Assembly (NCBI GenBank): GCA_951804945.1
Contig: OX638153.1
Span: 63,550,001-63,614,000, forward strand
DNA length: 64,000 nt
Direction: 5' to 3'
Origin: Podarcis cretensis
Taxonomy: Eukaryota
Part shown: positions 1 to 44,650 of the stretch, piece by piece
Layout: the number at the start of each line of letters is the position of its first letter
How positions within the stretch are numbered: position 1 is the stretch's first letter
Made by a program: the position numbers and the translations under genes
The notes under the pieces: generated by a model
What the model saw: only the letters and a program-made list of their open reading frames with translations
What the model was told of the DNA's origin: nothing
Databases searched by the model: none

Positions 1-144
1 GTGCTTAACTGGTTTTGGATCATAGCTGAAGAGGACTTTAAAGATAATCTAGATATTGGTGTTCTTCCATTTAGAAAGGGCAGGGGACACGTGAATAAAT
101 CCTGTTTTACATTTGAATTACATTTTACTGGCTACAATGCAATG

Positions 145-1228
145 TGTTCTGACATCTGTATTGTATTGTCCATTGTAATGTTTTTTTATGTGAGGAATTT
201 TTTGTGTGGCAGTTAGTTTAACTGTCGCTCAGGGCCTTAACTGACACCTATGAAGAAAGATTGGTATTAGAATTCCCAGTATGCAAATAAAGGGTTGAAT
301 ATATGCACATTTTGATTGGTGGGTGCAGGTTTAGAACTTTCAGTTAAACAGTGTGATTGGCTGGGACTGGAATGGAAGGGCCAGAAGAAGCACATATAAG
401 GTCAGCTGCTGGTCAGTGGTTAGTTAGTTGGCTGGAGACAGCTGGAGGTGCATGGTGTCTGTGGAGTCAGCCAAAAGGAAGAGACAAAACCAGAGGAAGA
501 GGATTGGATAAGAGGAAGGAAGACCTGAGAGGGAGGTAGAGCAGCTTGGTGGATGAAGGACAGTGGAATCATTTGGCTTAGGCTGAATAGAAAAGGGGAG
601 AACCTGCCGGCAGCACTGAAGGGAGAAGGGAGAAGCAGCTTGAAATGCTGGACTCTGGTGACTGGCATGAGAGTAGTGAGGGAAGATTCTGACGGCAGTA
701 CAGCAAGACAAGCCAGTACTTACACAGGTCAGAAAAAAGGATTGGAAAAAGTCCTCCACTACAGTGTGGGTGGGGATTAACTTGGGTGGAGAGAACAGAA
801 GGGCAATTTGGCAAAAGATTTTTATAGGGTAACTAACTGCTTCCTTAAAGCTGTCTAAGTTTAACATTATAGTTGGATATAAGCTGTTGATATTTAAACT
901 GACAGTAACAACAAAGTGTATACTACAGCACTATTTTAAAGTAACCAGCTAAGCTTATAATCTTGTAGGTCATAAAGGTAAAATACCTTTGTTAAATGTA
1001 ATATCTGTATATGACTAGCGTTGTACCATGCCTATCCCCCAACCTTACTGGGTTACTGGTAAGTTAAGGGTTCAGACAAAGTAAGCGAGGCTGAACGAGC
1101 AGCACTGGAATGAGAGATGGATTTTGTTATTATAGATTAAGTAAGGAAATGCCCTGCCCTCCTTTCCTCCACAGGTGGCAAGAAGGAAATGGGCCTTCTC
1201 CCCTGTTATCAGAGAGGTATTAACAACA
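145..1228 (+). mobile_element. Candidate solo LTR (about 1.1 kb)
   Basis: Begins TGTT and ends AACA; flanks caatg/gaatg (5-bp TSD with 1 mismatch); internal octamer ATGCAAAT (281), several ATTGG, TATAAG near 395. No coding remnant. Confidence 0.35.
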
Positions 1229-2850
1229 GAATGCTTACCGTATGTCACATCCATTTAACCAAAGGTTTTCCCAATAATGAATGCTAGATTCTACAATCGT
1301 ATATTTTTCTGATATTTGTATTTTTCAAAATAGTTTTAATGTATGCAGGAGCAACCAGTGCTGTGGTGCCAGTCACCATCTGGGCAGCAGCAACACTGCC
1401 GAGTGTGGCAGCAGGGGGGCAGTGTTTCAACCTTACCACTGTCTTGTCCCATTCAGGTATGTGACAGCGTCACCCTATCCATTCCTGAAGATATTTTACA
1501 TTGCGAACTGCTTTGAGATTTTCTTAATAATAGTAAGCGATATAAAAGTACCTTAAAATACATTAAAATAAATAAAATGTGTACCCTCTACATAGGGAAA
1601 AGCAGCTGTGGAGGGCAATGTGGAGTGGAGAAGTGATGAGTCTGAAAGGGGTTAGGCACTCCCTTAACCCCTACCACACCTCTGCTTTAAAAAGCATACC
1701 CTTCAGAAGTATTTTTCCCTCAATGAAACCAGGTCTGTCGGGTTCGTCACATGCATTTGTGCATAACACTCAAATATTTATTTGAATCATGTTCAGAATA
1801 TATTACCAACTTCGTATGGCTGTTGATAAAATGACCCCAATTTTTAAAAAATCAAGACATTGAAAACTGCATAACTGATGGCCATTATCGTTGCTGTTGC
1901 ATTTATCAATCCATGCCTCAACCTACGCTACTCATAGCCCATTCTACACCACAAATTTGTATCAGTTTTATACAAGCTTAACTATGATGGATGGGAACCA
2001 TAGTCTGCGGAAGGGTACTTACAATTCTATGACATCTCTAAACCTTTACTCATAGAACTACAATCCCCAGAGTTCCCCGAGGAAAGGAAATGACTAGGAC
2101 TGCTACACTACAGCTTAAGTCTGTAGTATAAATATGCCCTGCTAGTGGCCAGCTGGGATCTAGAAAATTGAAGTTATTTTGCATTTGAACATCAGGGCAT
2201 TATGGGGTGTTGATGCCCAGCCGTATGTATCCTGTTATGGATCTCAGTCTTTGACTGTAGTGATGATGACGATGGTGATGATGATAGAGGAGAAATCCCC
2301 TCTATCTCTGGGAGAATCCCGCTGCTTCCCCCCTCCCTTGTCCTACCTAGGAACGTTTTCAGCGGCGGCGCTCCCTTTCCCTTTAATAGATGCGTCGTCG
2401 AGGGAATTCTGACAGGCGCAGCTTTTCCAAGCTGGGCAAGCGCCGTGACATGACAAGAGGCATCTGCTGCTTTCCCCACAACTATTAAAGGTACATGAGT
2501 CATAACGCCCAGAGGTTTGGCCATCCCTGCTGTAAGCCCAACAAGGAAAAGACGCTGATCTCTCCTTTCCCTCCAGGCGATGTGAATACGGCACTAAAGA
2601 TCTCGCTGCAGCATCCGCCCACACGGCGCTTCGCAGACTTCCGAGCACGATGCCCGCAGTGCAAAAGCAGCCCGGATCTCGGAATCCCGCTTTGCAGGGC
2701 TCCGAGAGCCTCGCCAACACTGCTTTAACTTAGATCGCTATGGATCCTATCCATCCTGCAGATCCGTCCCCGTTAAACCGACCGGCTGGCCCTCCCCGGC
2801 GCACACCTCCCTCGCTTCCCCAACCCGAGGATGGCGTGCAGGCGCGTTAC

Positions 2851-3135
2851 CTGAGCGAAGGTCACTGGAGCCCACCGGACGCGACTGTGCCAAGTTTCTC
2901 CCGCGCCACCAGCGCAGCGCCGCTCTCCTGGCTACGCCCTTAGTCGAGGGGGCGGGCGCAGCCCAAGGCGGCGGCGGCGGCAGCAGCAGCAGCAGCAGCA
3001 GCACCGCGGCGAGGACTTGCAGCCCGCTTGCGCGCAGGACTTGTTGCTGCCATCCTCTCGCCTTCCTCCCAGTCGCACACAAAGCCGTTCATGGGGGCTG
3101 CCGGCTGTAATTGGATAGCGCCTGCTTGTCACCGA
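2851..3135 (-). other. LRRC3: Probable non-coding first exon of LRRC3 (CDS would lie left of the window)
   Basis: Minus-strand donor CTCAG|gtaacg at 2851/2850 inside the CpG island. Gene identity is from synteny only; 5' end approximate. Confidence 0.45.
2967..3002 (+). repeat. (GGC)5(AGC)7 compound trinucleotide repeat
   Basis: Read directly from sequence. Confidence 0.95.
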
Positions 3136-5993
3136 CAGCCTGGAGGGGGGCATCCTTGGGTTTTTTAAAGGGGCAGCTGCCGCTCAGGCAGAAGGGAGGC
3201 TCGCCTTGCCTCGCGCTCACAGCCATATTGCGCTTTTACGCATTTGGAAAGCAGATCCGGGGAGGCCAGAGAAAGCCGCCAGTCCTGGTTGCGTCTGCTG
3301 TCGAGCCGCCGGCTTGGGTCTCGCTCCGAACGCCGCTTTTATTAGCTACTAAAATGCCATCTGTGAAGTTGCATTTTAGTCCTCGTGTTGAGAAACGGTG
3401 GCACGGGATGGGGAACTCGCGTCTGCGCGCACGTGGCACATGCATACCCGGCATGTGTTTGCAGGAAAACGGAAGGGTCCACGACAAACGCCGTAGGGCG
3501 TGAGCCCCGTTTGTCTGGCCCAAAGACTTAAAAGGCCGTACAGTAATTCATAGGCACTTACTACCATTCTACGTAATAGAACTTTGGTTGCAAGTCCGCG
3601 GCGGGAAGGGATCCGCACACGTGTGTTCGGATGTGTAGGGAATTTTGAGAGGGGAAAACCTTTGTGAAAATTGACTGGGGCCTGCCGCCTGGAAGGAGTT
3701 CTCATACTGTCTACTTCAATTAAGCCTTTTTAGATGGGCTGAGAGATGCTCCTGTTCAGAGGCCCTTTGCTGTATAGCTGCCATATTACACAAGATTTCT
3801 GGATCTCTTAAAAATATGCAGTGTGCAGTATAGCAGGAGACCAGTTGCCATTTTAAAAACTTCAAAACTGCAGTATTTGAAAGCTGTAGATCTGATTCAA
3901 TATCAAAATTGTATTTGTGTACTGCTTTTGTTTGTCCAGTTTCAACATTGCAACACTACTGAACAATTCACTGGTCACAGGTTTGTCCTGATTAGGCATT
4001 AAAATTTTGTTGCCTAAAATCTACAAGGGAGGAGAGCACTTTGGCACTCTGGTCATACTTATGAGCTTCCCATAGGCAACTTGTTGGCTCTCATGAGGCC
4101 AGAATGTTGTATTAGAAAGGCCTTCAGAGTGCTTTTTGCAAGAGTCTTCTCATGTTCACACAAACACTTAAAACCCATCTCATGGAATAGGTGTAACCAG
4201 GATTTATGTTGGGGGGAGGGAACAGAACACACACCTGTCTTGTTCCAGAACTGAGCTACCTGTGATGCAATTGGTCAGTTCATAAAAACCATGTGTATCA
4301 CTTATCACTAGAATGCACCACATCATCATCCAAGTGACCTCAGCAAGCATTTCAATTTCAAATATTCTGATTATTTTTATTTTATTTACTTGATTTAGGG
4401 GGGCAGCTGTGCCCCCCCCCCAGCTACGCACATGTCTCATGGACTCACTTTTAAATTGGGCCTTTGAAGGCTGAATATTCTAAGGAAAAAAAATTGAGGG
4501 GAATCAAAGGTGTAATTTTAGGCTGAATGCACTTACCCATTCCTGTGCACAAGTGTTTCTGCTGTAGTGACCTCTTCTCCCAACTGCCACCTTAAAGGAC
4601 ATGCATACATAGCTCCAAACTGAATGCTGATGGTTTTTCAAGCACCTGTTTGTCTTGTAGTTTTCAACCACTTGGTTTATTTCAAATTTGTTTAAAGTTG
4701 GTAAGCACTTTACTATTAAAAAGCACTTTAAGATGGGAGGAATGGCTTTGTCATTTGCATGAGCCAGTCAGTAGTGATAAATCAGCATGTGCAAATAAGG
4801 CTTTTATTGAAAACCAAAACAGGATTACTCTGAGCTTGATGTGGGGTATACTATGGAGGGGGACATGCACAGTAGGTTATCTGAATCCTCCAGATGTGTG
4901 TCCATAGTGGTCTCACTGCTAAAATTACATCATTTGGTCACAACATATTCATGTTTCATATTCTCTGGGACCAGCCCATCAATACAATTCTATTAAAAAC
5001 ATGTCTTCAAGTTCTGTCTCTTTCATGAACCTTCCCAGATTTGTCTCAGGCTTTTAGAATATTTCTACATAAAAAATCTGCAAATGAATGGGAGATCAAA
5101 CTACAGATTGCTACAGATTAACAGAGAGTAAAGCTATTGAGGAAAAACTAGCTGCAGTCTTGACAGTGTATTATACAATCTTCCCACCTATAAATAAAAA
5201 GCAGCAGCATTAATGGAATCTCTGGCATGGATATATCAACACTTGGCGAAAGCACAGCTTTTTATTAAGCAGCAGCAGACCAATGTGAGGCATAAGCATA
5301 GAATCCATTAACATTAGCACCATTGGACTAACATGAAATATCAAGATGCCCCAATATTAAGGTGAGTATGAGGAAGAATGTGAAGTAGGAGCACTACAGT
5401 CCAGAGAAAATTCGAAGCAAAAGCATTTCAGTAATGGCATTTGAAGCAGTTTCTTCTAATTAATCTTACACATAATGGATTAGTGGTATCTTACAAAGAA
5501 GGATTAGACCAGCACCATTTGGAATTGTGAAAATGCTCATGGGAATACTCTTTGTAAAATGTTGTTTCTGTGTGATGAGTACTTGTGAGCAGGGACCATC
5601 TAGTCAATTATGCATTGCCAAAAGAAAGGGCAAACAAAAAGGATTTGTCTGTGCAAATTACCTCCATTGAAACAAATGAGGTTTGTAGTGTTGTTGAAAA
5701 AGAATTCAGAGTGTATCAGAACACTAATAGAACAGATTACTGGGAATTAGTATCTCTGGCCATAGTTCACTGTGTAGTCATGTTTCAAGTAACTCTTACA
5801 TGATTTAAATTACACAAATGGAAATTTATTGAATGCATAACACAAGCTAAGCTTAAGATATTTGGGGAACATTTTCCTTTTTTTACCTGAGGCTAAATCC
5901 AGAGTTTACTATTACAGTAATAAATTGTTACTAATAGTAATTACCATGCTGCGGCATAGATTGTGGTCACATTCTTTCAGTAACTCTTCAAGC

Positions 5994-6142
5994 TAAGGTT
6001 GCCATATTTTCAAAACGTGAAAATCCAAACACAAAACTTCCGACGTGGGTTGCCATATGTCTGGATTGTCCTAGACATTTCAGTGCTTTCCGCCCAGTTT
6101 CCGACTACCATATTCCAGAATTCCGGACATATGGCAACCCTA
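5994..6142. mobile_element. hAT-type MITE (TAGGGTTGCCATA termini)
   Basis: TIRs taaggttgccatat / atatggcaacccta; perfect 8-bp TSD cttcaagc on both sides. Confidence 0.85.
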
Positions 6143-6233
6143 CTTCAAGCAAACTAATTTAGGCTTTGAACTCAAATAAATTGACTTTACGTTGAACTCA
6201 CATTGACTTCACTCGCACCAGTCTTTTAGATCT

Positions 6234-6362
6234 GGGGTAGTCATCATGGTGCCATCTTGTTGGACTACAGTTCTCATTGTTCCTGACTACTGGCCATACT
6301 GGCTAAGGCTGGTGGGACCTGGAGTCTGGCAACTTCTAGAGGGCACCACATTCACTAACCCT
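6234..6362. mobile_element. Decayed palindromic hAT-like MITE
   Basis: Resembles the ggactaca...tgtagtcc palindromic MITEs elsewhere in the window; degenerate. Confidence 0.5.
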
Positions 6363-7682
6363 TACTAGGTAAGGCCCAACAGTTTCTAGCATGAAAAACA
6401 TAGAAATGGTAAGTTGCTGCAGTTTAGTACATTATTGTTTTTAAAGCTGAGAGCCTGGGCCTCTCAAAGCACAGTCAATTTGCCCCATAAGTAAGGCAGA
6501 ATAAGACTTAATATATGGAGCACTAAAAAGAGGAGTGTATTAAACGCAAGAGAACTGTAAGCAATGCAGACAAAACTGTGTGCATCCAAATGGCAGTACA
6601 GGATCCATCAAAGAAAACATGGAGCTTTGTGCCTTTTTAGCACCCTGGCTAAAGGCCTATACTTAGAGGTAAGTTTTATTATAGTGGCTATTAGCTAAAA
6701 CAGAAACAGTTATGTTTAGAGATGATGCATCTGATTGCCAGATGCTGGAACCAAATATCTGGGAAGCTATCTTCATCTTGCGCTTTTTATTGGAAATCAA
6801 ATGTTGGATTATTTGGACCTTGGTCTGATCCAGGTAGGGCATTTTATATTCTTATGGATGATTGTGACATGACCCAAGAGAGCATGGAGAAAAGTAATTT
6901 GATTCAAAGACTGCACTCAGATTCACCACAAGAATCAGCACACTATCAGCTGGATGGCAAAAGGGTGAGCACAGAATCAGAAAAGGGGGAAACAGTTAAG
7001 AAAATTCAAATGATGTGGGTGCCTTGAATGAACAAACTAAGTTTTAATTGTGTCAACATCTGATGCAATCTAGCTGTCAGCCTACTTGCAAATTGAGAAG
7101 ACAATTAGTTTTATGTTGCAGTAGAACAGGGGTGAGGAAATTTATTTCAGCCCAAGAGCAGATCTGGCCTTTTAGGGGCCACATTCCTGCGGAGGGTGGG
7201 GCAAAATAAAAGCTACCAAAAATGAAACACATGTACAGTATCTCCATTCCCTACCATTGTCAGAAACACACATGTATCAGACATGAAGGCATACGGTTCT
7301 CACTCACATCCCTCCCTCAACACTCTCTTATTCACCCTCACTCTATTGCTGCAGTGGGTGGAAATGCTGCCTTTTACTTTTATGCAGACTATCTATCTCT
7401 GTGCACTGTGGAACTTAGCGCTAAAATTGGAGATAAACCCTTAAGGAGCAGGCAGAGGGATCTCTTATCTCCATAAAATGACATGGGGTGGTTGGCAGGT
7501 GGGCAGGGCTCACTGGGACAGGCTTGGTGGGCTGGACTGTGGGATATGGTGGGCTGTATTTGGCCCAAGGTTCAGAGATTTCCCATTACTGGAGTGAAAG
7601 CTCCTGTAGTTTCAGTTGAAAAGAGCCTGGAGACTTTATAAAACTTTACCCTGCAGGGTCTAGGATCAACAGTGTAGAAAGC

Positions 7683-7845
7683 CCATGTGATGTCATGGTT
7701 AGTGTGTTGGACTAGGACCTGGGAGACCAAGGTTCAAATCCCCACTCGGCCATGAGGCTTACTGGGTGACCTTGGACCAGTCACTGTCTCTCCACATAAC
7801 CTACTTCACAGAAAAGTGACCTTGGACCAGTCACTGTCTCTCCAC

Positions 7846-7894
<49 letters not shown>

Positions 7895-8032
7895 TTATTA
7901 TTTATACCCCACCCACCTGGCTGGGCTTCCCCTCACATAACCTACCTCACAGAAAAGGAGAGGGAAGAGCCATTTGCACCAACTTAAGCTTCTTGAAGGA
8001 AAAGGTGGTATACAAATGTAATAAATAATAAA
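7683..8032 (+). mobile_element. tRNA-derived SINE with an internal duplication and a nested (AAT)n retroposon tail
   Basis: B-box GGTTCAAATCC; core ctgggtgaccttggaccagtca; AT-rich tail; (AAT)n at about 7848-7893. Confidence 0.7.
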
Positions 8033-8860
8033 CAGTAAGAAGCATTGTGCAGAGGTTCTTTCTGCCTTGGCATATCTCCACAGCAAAGAACGGATTTGGT
8101 TACACCTTTAAAAGAACCCAGTGTCAGAATGAATTTCCAGCCTCAACTTGGCCAGAACTGCATTGATGAAAGCAAAGCAATAGGTAGCAGTGGAAAAGTC
8201 GCCTTCTATTAACCGTGGCAACTTGCCTGGTTCAGAGATGCTTCTTCAGCTCAGTATGCCAAAGACTTGTCACGGAACAACATCAGACTTGTGAATTGAT
8301 CTACTGAAAGCTGATGGCCTTCTGCTTGCGACAGATTCCTAGTTTCAGAGTCTTTGGGAAATGGCTTGTATGCTGGACACAGGACTAATTTTTCCAAAGG
8401 CAGCATTGATGAGAGGACATGCATCTTGAAGGCAGTGCAGCTGGCCTCTTTCCATTACCATTAGAGCAGTGATTCTAACCAGAATCAGGCCCCACTGCAC
8501 TGCCTACTTTGCAGATTTAGAATGCCATCCTGAGCACTAGGAGTATCTGTATGGGTTGCAAGATACATTGTTAGCCAATGGAACAGCTGAAAAGCAGCAG
8601 CCCTGCTCCAGGAAGAACAACAGAAGAATGCTCTCCCCCTTTTCTTTCTATGGGCAAATACTAACTGTTATGCAAGGGCCAAGATTACATTGCTTTCTAT
8701 GGTTGTTTTGTGAGCGTCAGCTGAAGTGTTATTCTGCACACAGGAAAAAGAAAACGCACAAAGAAAACCACCAGAGGCAAGATGTCAGTCAGGTTTTGCT
8801 GCATTTCTAAAGAGCTGAGAGAGAAATGGGAGGAAGACTAAGGGTGATGTTCCTGTGTCC

Positions 8861-40275
<31,415 letters not shown>

Positions 40276-40841
40276 GGCTATATTTCTCAGGTCACTCACT
40301 GATGCTGTTCAGACTTCAAACACAATTGGAAAAGGATCCCTCAAAACCATCACCTCAGAGATAGTGGAATTCAACAGGAGTGCACCACCTGCATTTTAGA
40401 AACACCAAAATGGATCTGCTAACTGAAGCACTTCCATCATTTTCTCATATTTCAATTTAATATTATGGTGAATTTGCTAGATTCCCCTATGTTCAGATAG
40501 TACCACAACACTGAGGTTATGACTAGTATTCAAGGTACGCAAATATATTTTAAGTACTAATATGCTGAAAAAGCACTGAGCTACAGGGATAAATGTTGTC
40601 CTGTTAATTGAACAACAGCAGGGGAAAGTCTTAAAAACACAAAAAGAGCCTTGCTGGACCAGGCCAAAGGCCCATCTAGTCTAGCATCATGTTCTCACCA
40701 TGGTCAACCAGGTGTTTATTTCTAGTTAGACTAGATCTCCCTGACTGATGCTGCTTATTTGTAGACAAGACAAATGTAAGAGTAAAATATAGAATAATCT
40801 TAATACTTTCTGCATCTTCCACTACATCATAATGCCCTAAC

Positions 40842-40926
40842 CATAGCTGTCAACTTTCCCCTTTTTTTAAGGGAAATTCCCTTATTCCGAATAGGATTCC
40901 TCGCAGAAAAGGGAAAAGTTGACAGC
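40842..40926. mobile_element. Short MITE (about 85 bp)
   Basis: Inverted ends gctgtcaactttccc / gggaaaagttgacagc; cctaac on both flanks. Confidence 0.6.
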
Positions 40927-42450
40927 CTAACACAGGGGTAGGGAATCTGTGGCCCTCCAGCAGTGGATAGACTATAGCTCCCACCATCCCGGACTGTTGG
41001 CTATGTTGGCTGGGGTGGATGAGAGTTAGAGTCCAACAACATCTGGAAGGCCACACAGGCTTCCCATGTCTGTCCTAACGTTTTATGGGAATCATGGCAA
41101 AATCTGTTTGATCAATAATTCTTTCTCACATACTTTCCAGTATCCAATCCAGTTTTCTGCTGTTGTCTGCACTGAAATAAATTTCTGCTATGCAGCAGAG
41201 AAACCCACCTTTATTGGATACATTATTAGTCTTCTACCCAGGCATCTTAGGTACCAATGTTTAAGGAGTGACTGGTACACAAGGTGGTATAAGGTGACAT
41301 GGAGACCCAAAGTCTTTAATAATGGCAAATCCTTATATCTGTTACTAGATGTAATGTCCTTTCCACAAGAAAAGGCACAGCGGTTGTTCTCGCATTAAGG
41401 CTGCAATTCTGAGCATACTTTCAAGGCAGCAAGCCCATTTGAATTCAGTGAGACTTCCAACATGCTTAGAATTGTGCTGTATGCCTACTGTAAGCAGTGC
41501 CTCTTTACACACCACCCTGATCTCTCTTTAGTTGGGAAATATTTGAGAAATTTTAGACAAAAACATACAAATAGGCAAACTATGGTAAGTCTCTTCATTT
41601 ATGAGTTATCTACATTTTCTGGCTCCAATACTGCATCTTAAACCGTTTTCTTAAGATTAGTAATTCAATTATCTCTCCCCCCCCCTTTATTTAATTCACT
41701 TAAGGAAACATCTGAAACAACACGTATTATGCCACTAGAGACTAAAGACCTCAGGTGGTTTTTATGATGCTTCAAATATTTCTAGCAAAGGGAAGTTGGA
41801 GATATAATTGGGAATGTTGTAACCAGCAAAGTTCACATCAGCTGAGAGCACAATAAAAAGTATCAGCATGTGCTCTAGTACTGATTGCACGTCTGTCACA
41901 GCAGCTTCCTAAAAATGTCATTCTAACTCCAAAAATCAAAAAGACATTTTTCTAGCTCTGGATAGTCTCATAAATGGTCTCGCTGTAAGCACTTTGCCAA
42001 GGTTTTCCTATAGGCATGAACTACAATCCTATGCACACTTATTTAGGAGTAAGATACATTGAATCCACATACTTCTGAATAAATACACATTAGCTAATGA
42101 GGTACAGCTTGAAAGAAGAAAATACAAAGCATCAACTCATTCACGCATGCACATACAGTTAATATCTCTATGCACATAAGCATCCAGCTACGTGTGCATT
42201 GCACAAAGCGATCTCAGACTGTTTAAAATGCATCAAGGATTTCTCCTGACCTTGCAGTGCAGAGTATTTCAGTCCAGTCAGTAGAATTACTAAGCAATTT
42301 CTGCAGAGACTGTTTTATCCATCTCTAAATGTGCAAAGCATCACTTAGGTGCAAATTCCCAGCCTTTGTTACTTCAGCCCCTCTCCCCCCATTTTAAAGG
42401 TTCTTAGAATTTGCAACGAAAAGCCACACACACAAACAGCTTGTCTCTAC

Positions 42451-42560
42451 CTTTCCTGCTGCATCCTCCCAATCCCACTCCTACTCATGTACTTCCTGCC
42501 AGACACGAGGGACATACCTCTGTCTCATGCTGCAAGCTGGTCACTTTATGGCTGGAGAAA
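42451..42560 (-). other. Possible non-coding upstream TRPM2 exon
   Basis: Donor GAAAG|gtagag at 42451 and candidate acceptor tgcag at 40389/40388; no transcript evidence. Confidence 0.25.
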
Positions 42561-44069
42561 GAGGAAGCCTTTCTGAAGTGACTGCAGTTAAGAGGAGGAG
42601 ACAGATCAAGGGTTGGCAGCTTGCCAACAAATCACACTGCAGAAAGAAACTGTCTCCAGCCCCGCTCAAGAGCTTGGGACAGGAAGACAAATCCAGAGTG
42701 TGCTAGATTGTGTGGTGTAGAGTCACACATCTGTCTTGAACAATTGTAGAGAAAGCAGTCTAGTTTCTGAACAGTCCCACTGAGGAGCTTCCCCAAATGA
42801 GAAATACAAATGATGGGGTGAAAGTCAAATTGCTTTTTGATGCATGTTCCAATGTGACTACTAGTCCACATGTATCAGAAACAAATAATGCCCCAATAAC
42901 TTAAGAAGATGCCTCTGGGGTCTGATCTGCATACAGTATGGATGCAGTATACTCGACTGCAATTAGCCGACTCTCCTTCCTGCTAGTGTTATGGTGACAT
43001 TCTTGTAAAAATAGGCTAACAATTCCCCAGAGTGAATAACTGCATTTAGCTCACAATATTCCATATAATCAGGATAAAATACACTAAATTGTTTGGGGGG
43101 AAAGCCAAGGAATGGCCCAAGGTAGTAGGCCTGCATGAAAATCTTAGAGACTGTGACTACATGCAACCACAACAGTCCAGCGTTATAGATACTACTGCAT
43201 GTACTGCGCTAGCAGTACATGCTTCCAGCTGCCATATCTGTTGCATCCTTTGTGGTAAAAGCAAGGGTCAAAATTCACTTACCACTTCATGGGTCTTCCC
43301 TTTACATATTGATAAATAGCTGTCCCCAAAATAATGTTGTGGATGGAGAAAATCATTTCTAGTGGAGATTGTTTATTTATAAAAATATCTGTGAGCAATG
43401 CAATTAAAAGCAGAAGTCCTTATTTTAGCTTTCCATGTACACATGCAAAACCATTTTAAATAAATTATTTAAAGGTGGGATTAAGAGCCAAAATGGGAAA
43501 AGTTCTAAAAAGATAAGACTCCCTTCCTACACACGCACACACACACTATTATCATTGATATAATGATAATTGAAAATGACATTGCATTGCATAAAGCATT
43601 ATTGTATTTTAATGGAGATATAGATCTCACAAAGTACTAGTTACCAAAGCAGCAAAATAAGTGACAGGCTGAGCCAGAATGTTGTCCCCAATATGATAGT
43701 TTTCCACTTAAAATGATTTTTTAACATGGGAAAGCAATCCACTCACCTTTAATCTCATCTAGTACTGTCTATTAAACCACCGCTTTATTATATCACCTTA
43801 TTAATACATCTGCTGCACATGAGACTCATGATGCTTAGGCCAGTGATCCTTAAAGTATTTCCTTTGACCATTACTTCTCCAAGCTCTCAGGCAAAGGTCT
43901 TTAACTATCTTGCTATCTCAGATGCAGGTATTATAACTGGAGATTCTAGTTAATAAACCAGTAGTTTAATACATATGTAGCATAAGCACTAGCACAGGGT
44001 TAGCTCATGTGATCCCCTCCATTTCTAAGTTTTATACTACAACTCTCATCACCATTCTATTCTCACATG

Positions 44070-44650
44070 CTATTTTAGGCTGCATCAGAAGTCCAGTGTC
44101 CAGATGAATGGAAGTAATAGTACCACTCTATTCTGCCTTGGTCAGACCCCACCTGGAATAGTGTGTCTACTTCTGGGCACCACAATTGAAGAAGGTATTG
44201 ACAAGGTGGAACATGTGCAGAGGAGGGCAACCAAGATGATCAAGGATCTGGAAACCAAGCCTTATGATAAATGGTTGAAGGAGTTGGGTATGTTTAGCAT
44301 GGTAAAGAGGAATCAGGGAGGAAATATGATGGCTATCTTCAAATATCTAAAGGACTGTCACATGGAATATGGAGCAAGCTTGTTTTTTCTTGCTTTGGAG
44401 GGTAGGACACAAACCAATGGCTTCAAGTTACAAAAAAGGAGATTGCAACTAAACTTCAGGAAGAACTTTCTGACAGTAAGAGCTGTTTGACAGTGGAATG
44501 GACTCCCTCAGGAGGTGGTAGACTCTCCTTCCTTGGAGGTTTTTAAGCAGAGGTTGGATGGCCATCTGGATGCATTAGTTGAGATTCCTGCATTGCAGGG
44601 GGTTGGTCAAGATGACCCTCAGGGTCCCTTCAATTCTAGGATTCTATTAT
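44070..44650 (+). mobile_element. CR1 LINE 3' fragment (end of ORF2 plus tail)
   Basis: ORF 44104-44490 reads IDKVEHVQRRATKMI...LKELGMFS...FRKNFLTVRAV; tail ...ttctaggattcta. Confidence 0.9.

Larger units (their letters stand above)
2320..3650. promoter_or_regulatory. CpG island/promoter, probably of LRRC3
   Basis: Dense CpG and high GC against an AT-rich background; minus-strand TTTAAAAAA near 3165; lies downstream of TRPM2 where LRRC3 sits in amniote synteny. Confidence 0.75.

Noticed and set aside
2747-3082. ORF with signal-peptide-like [13 protein letters not shown] as LRRC3 coding sequence
   Set aside because: No ATG in this frame; the run is just another frame of the trinucleotide repeat, and there are no LRR motifs.
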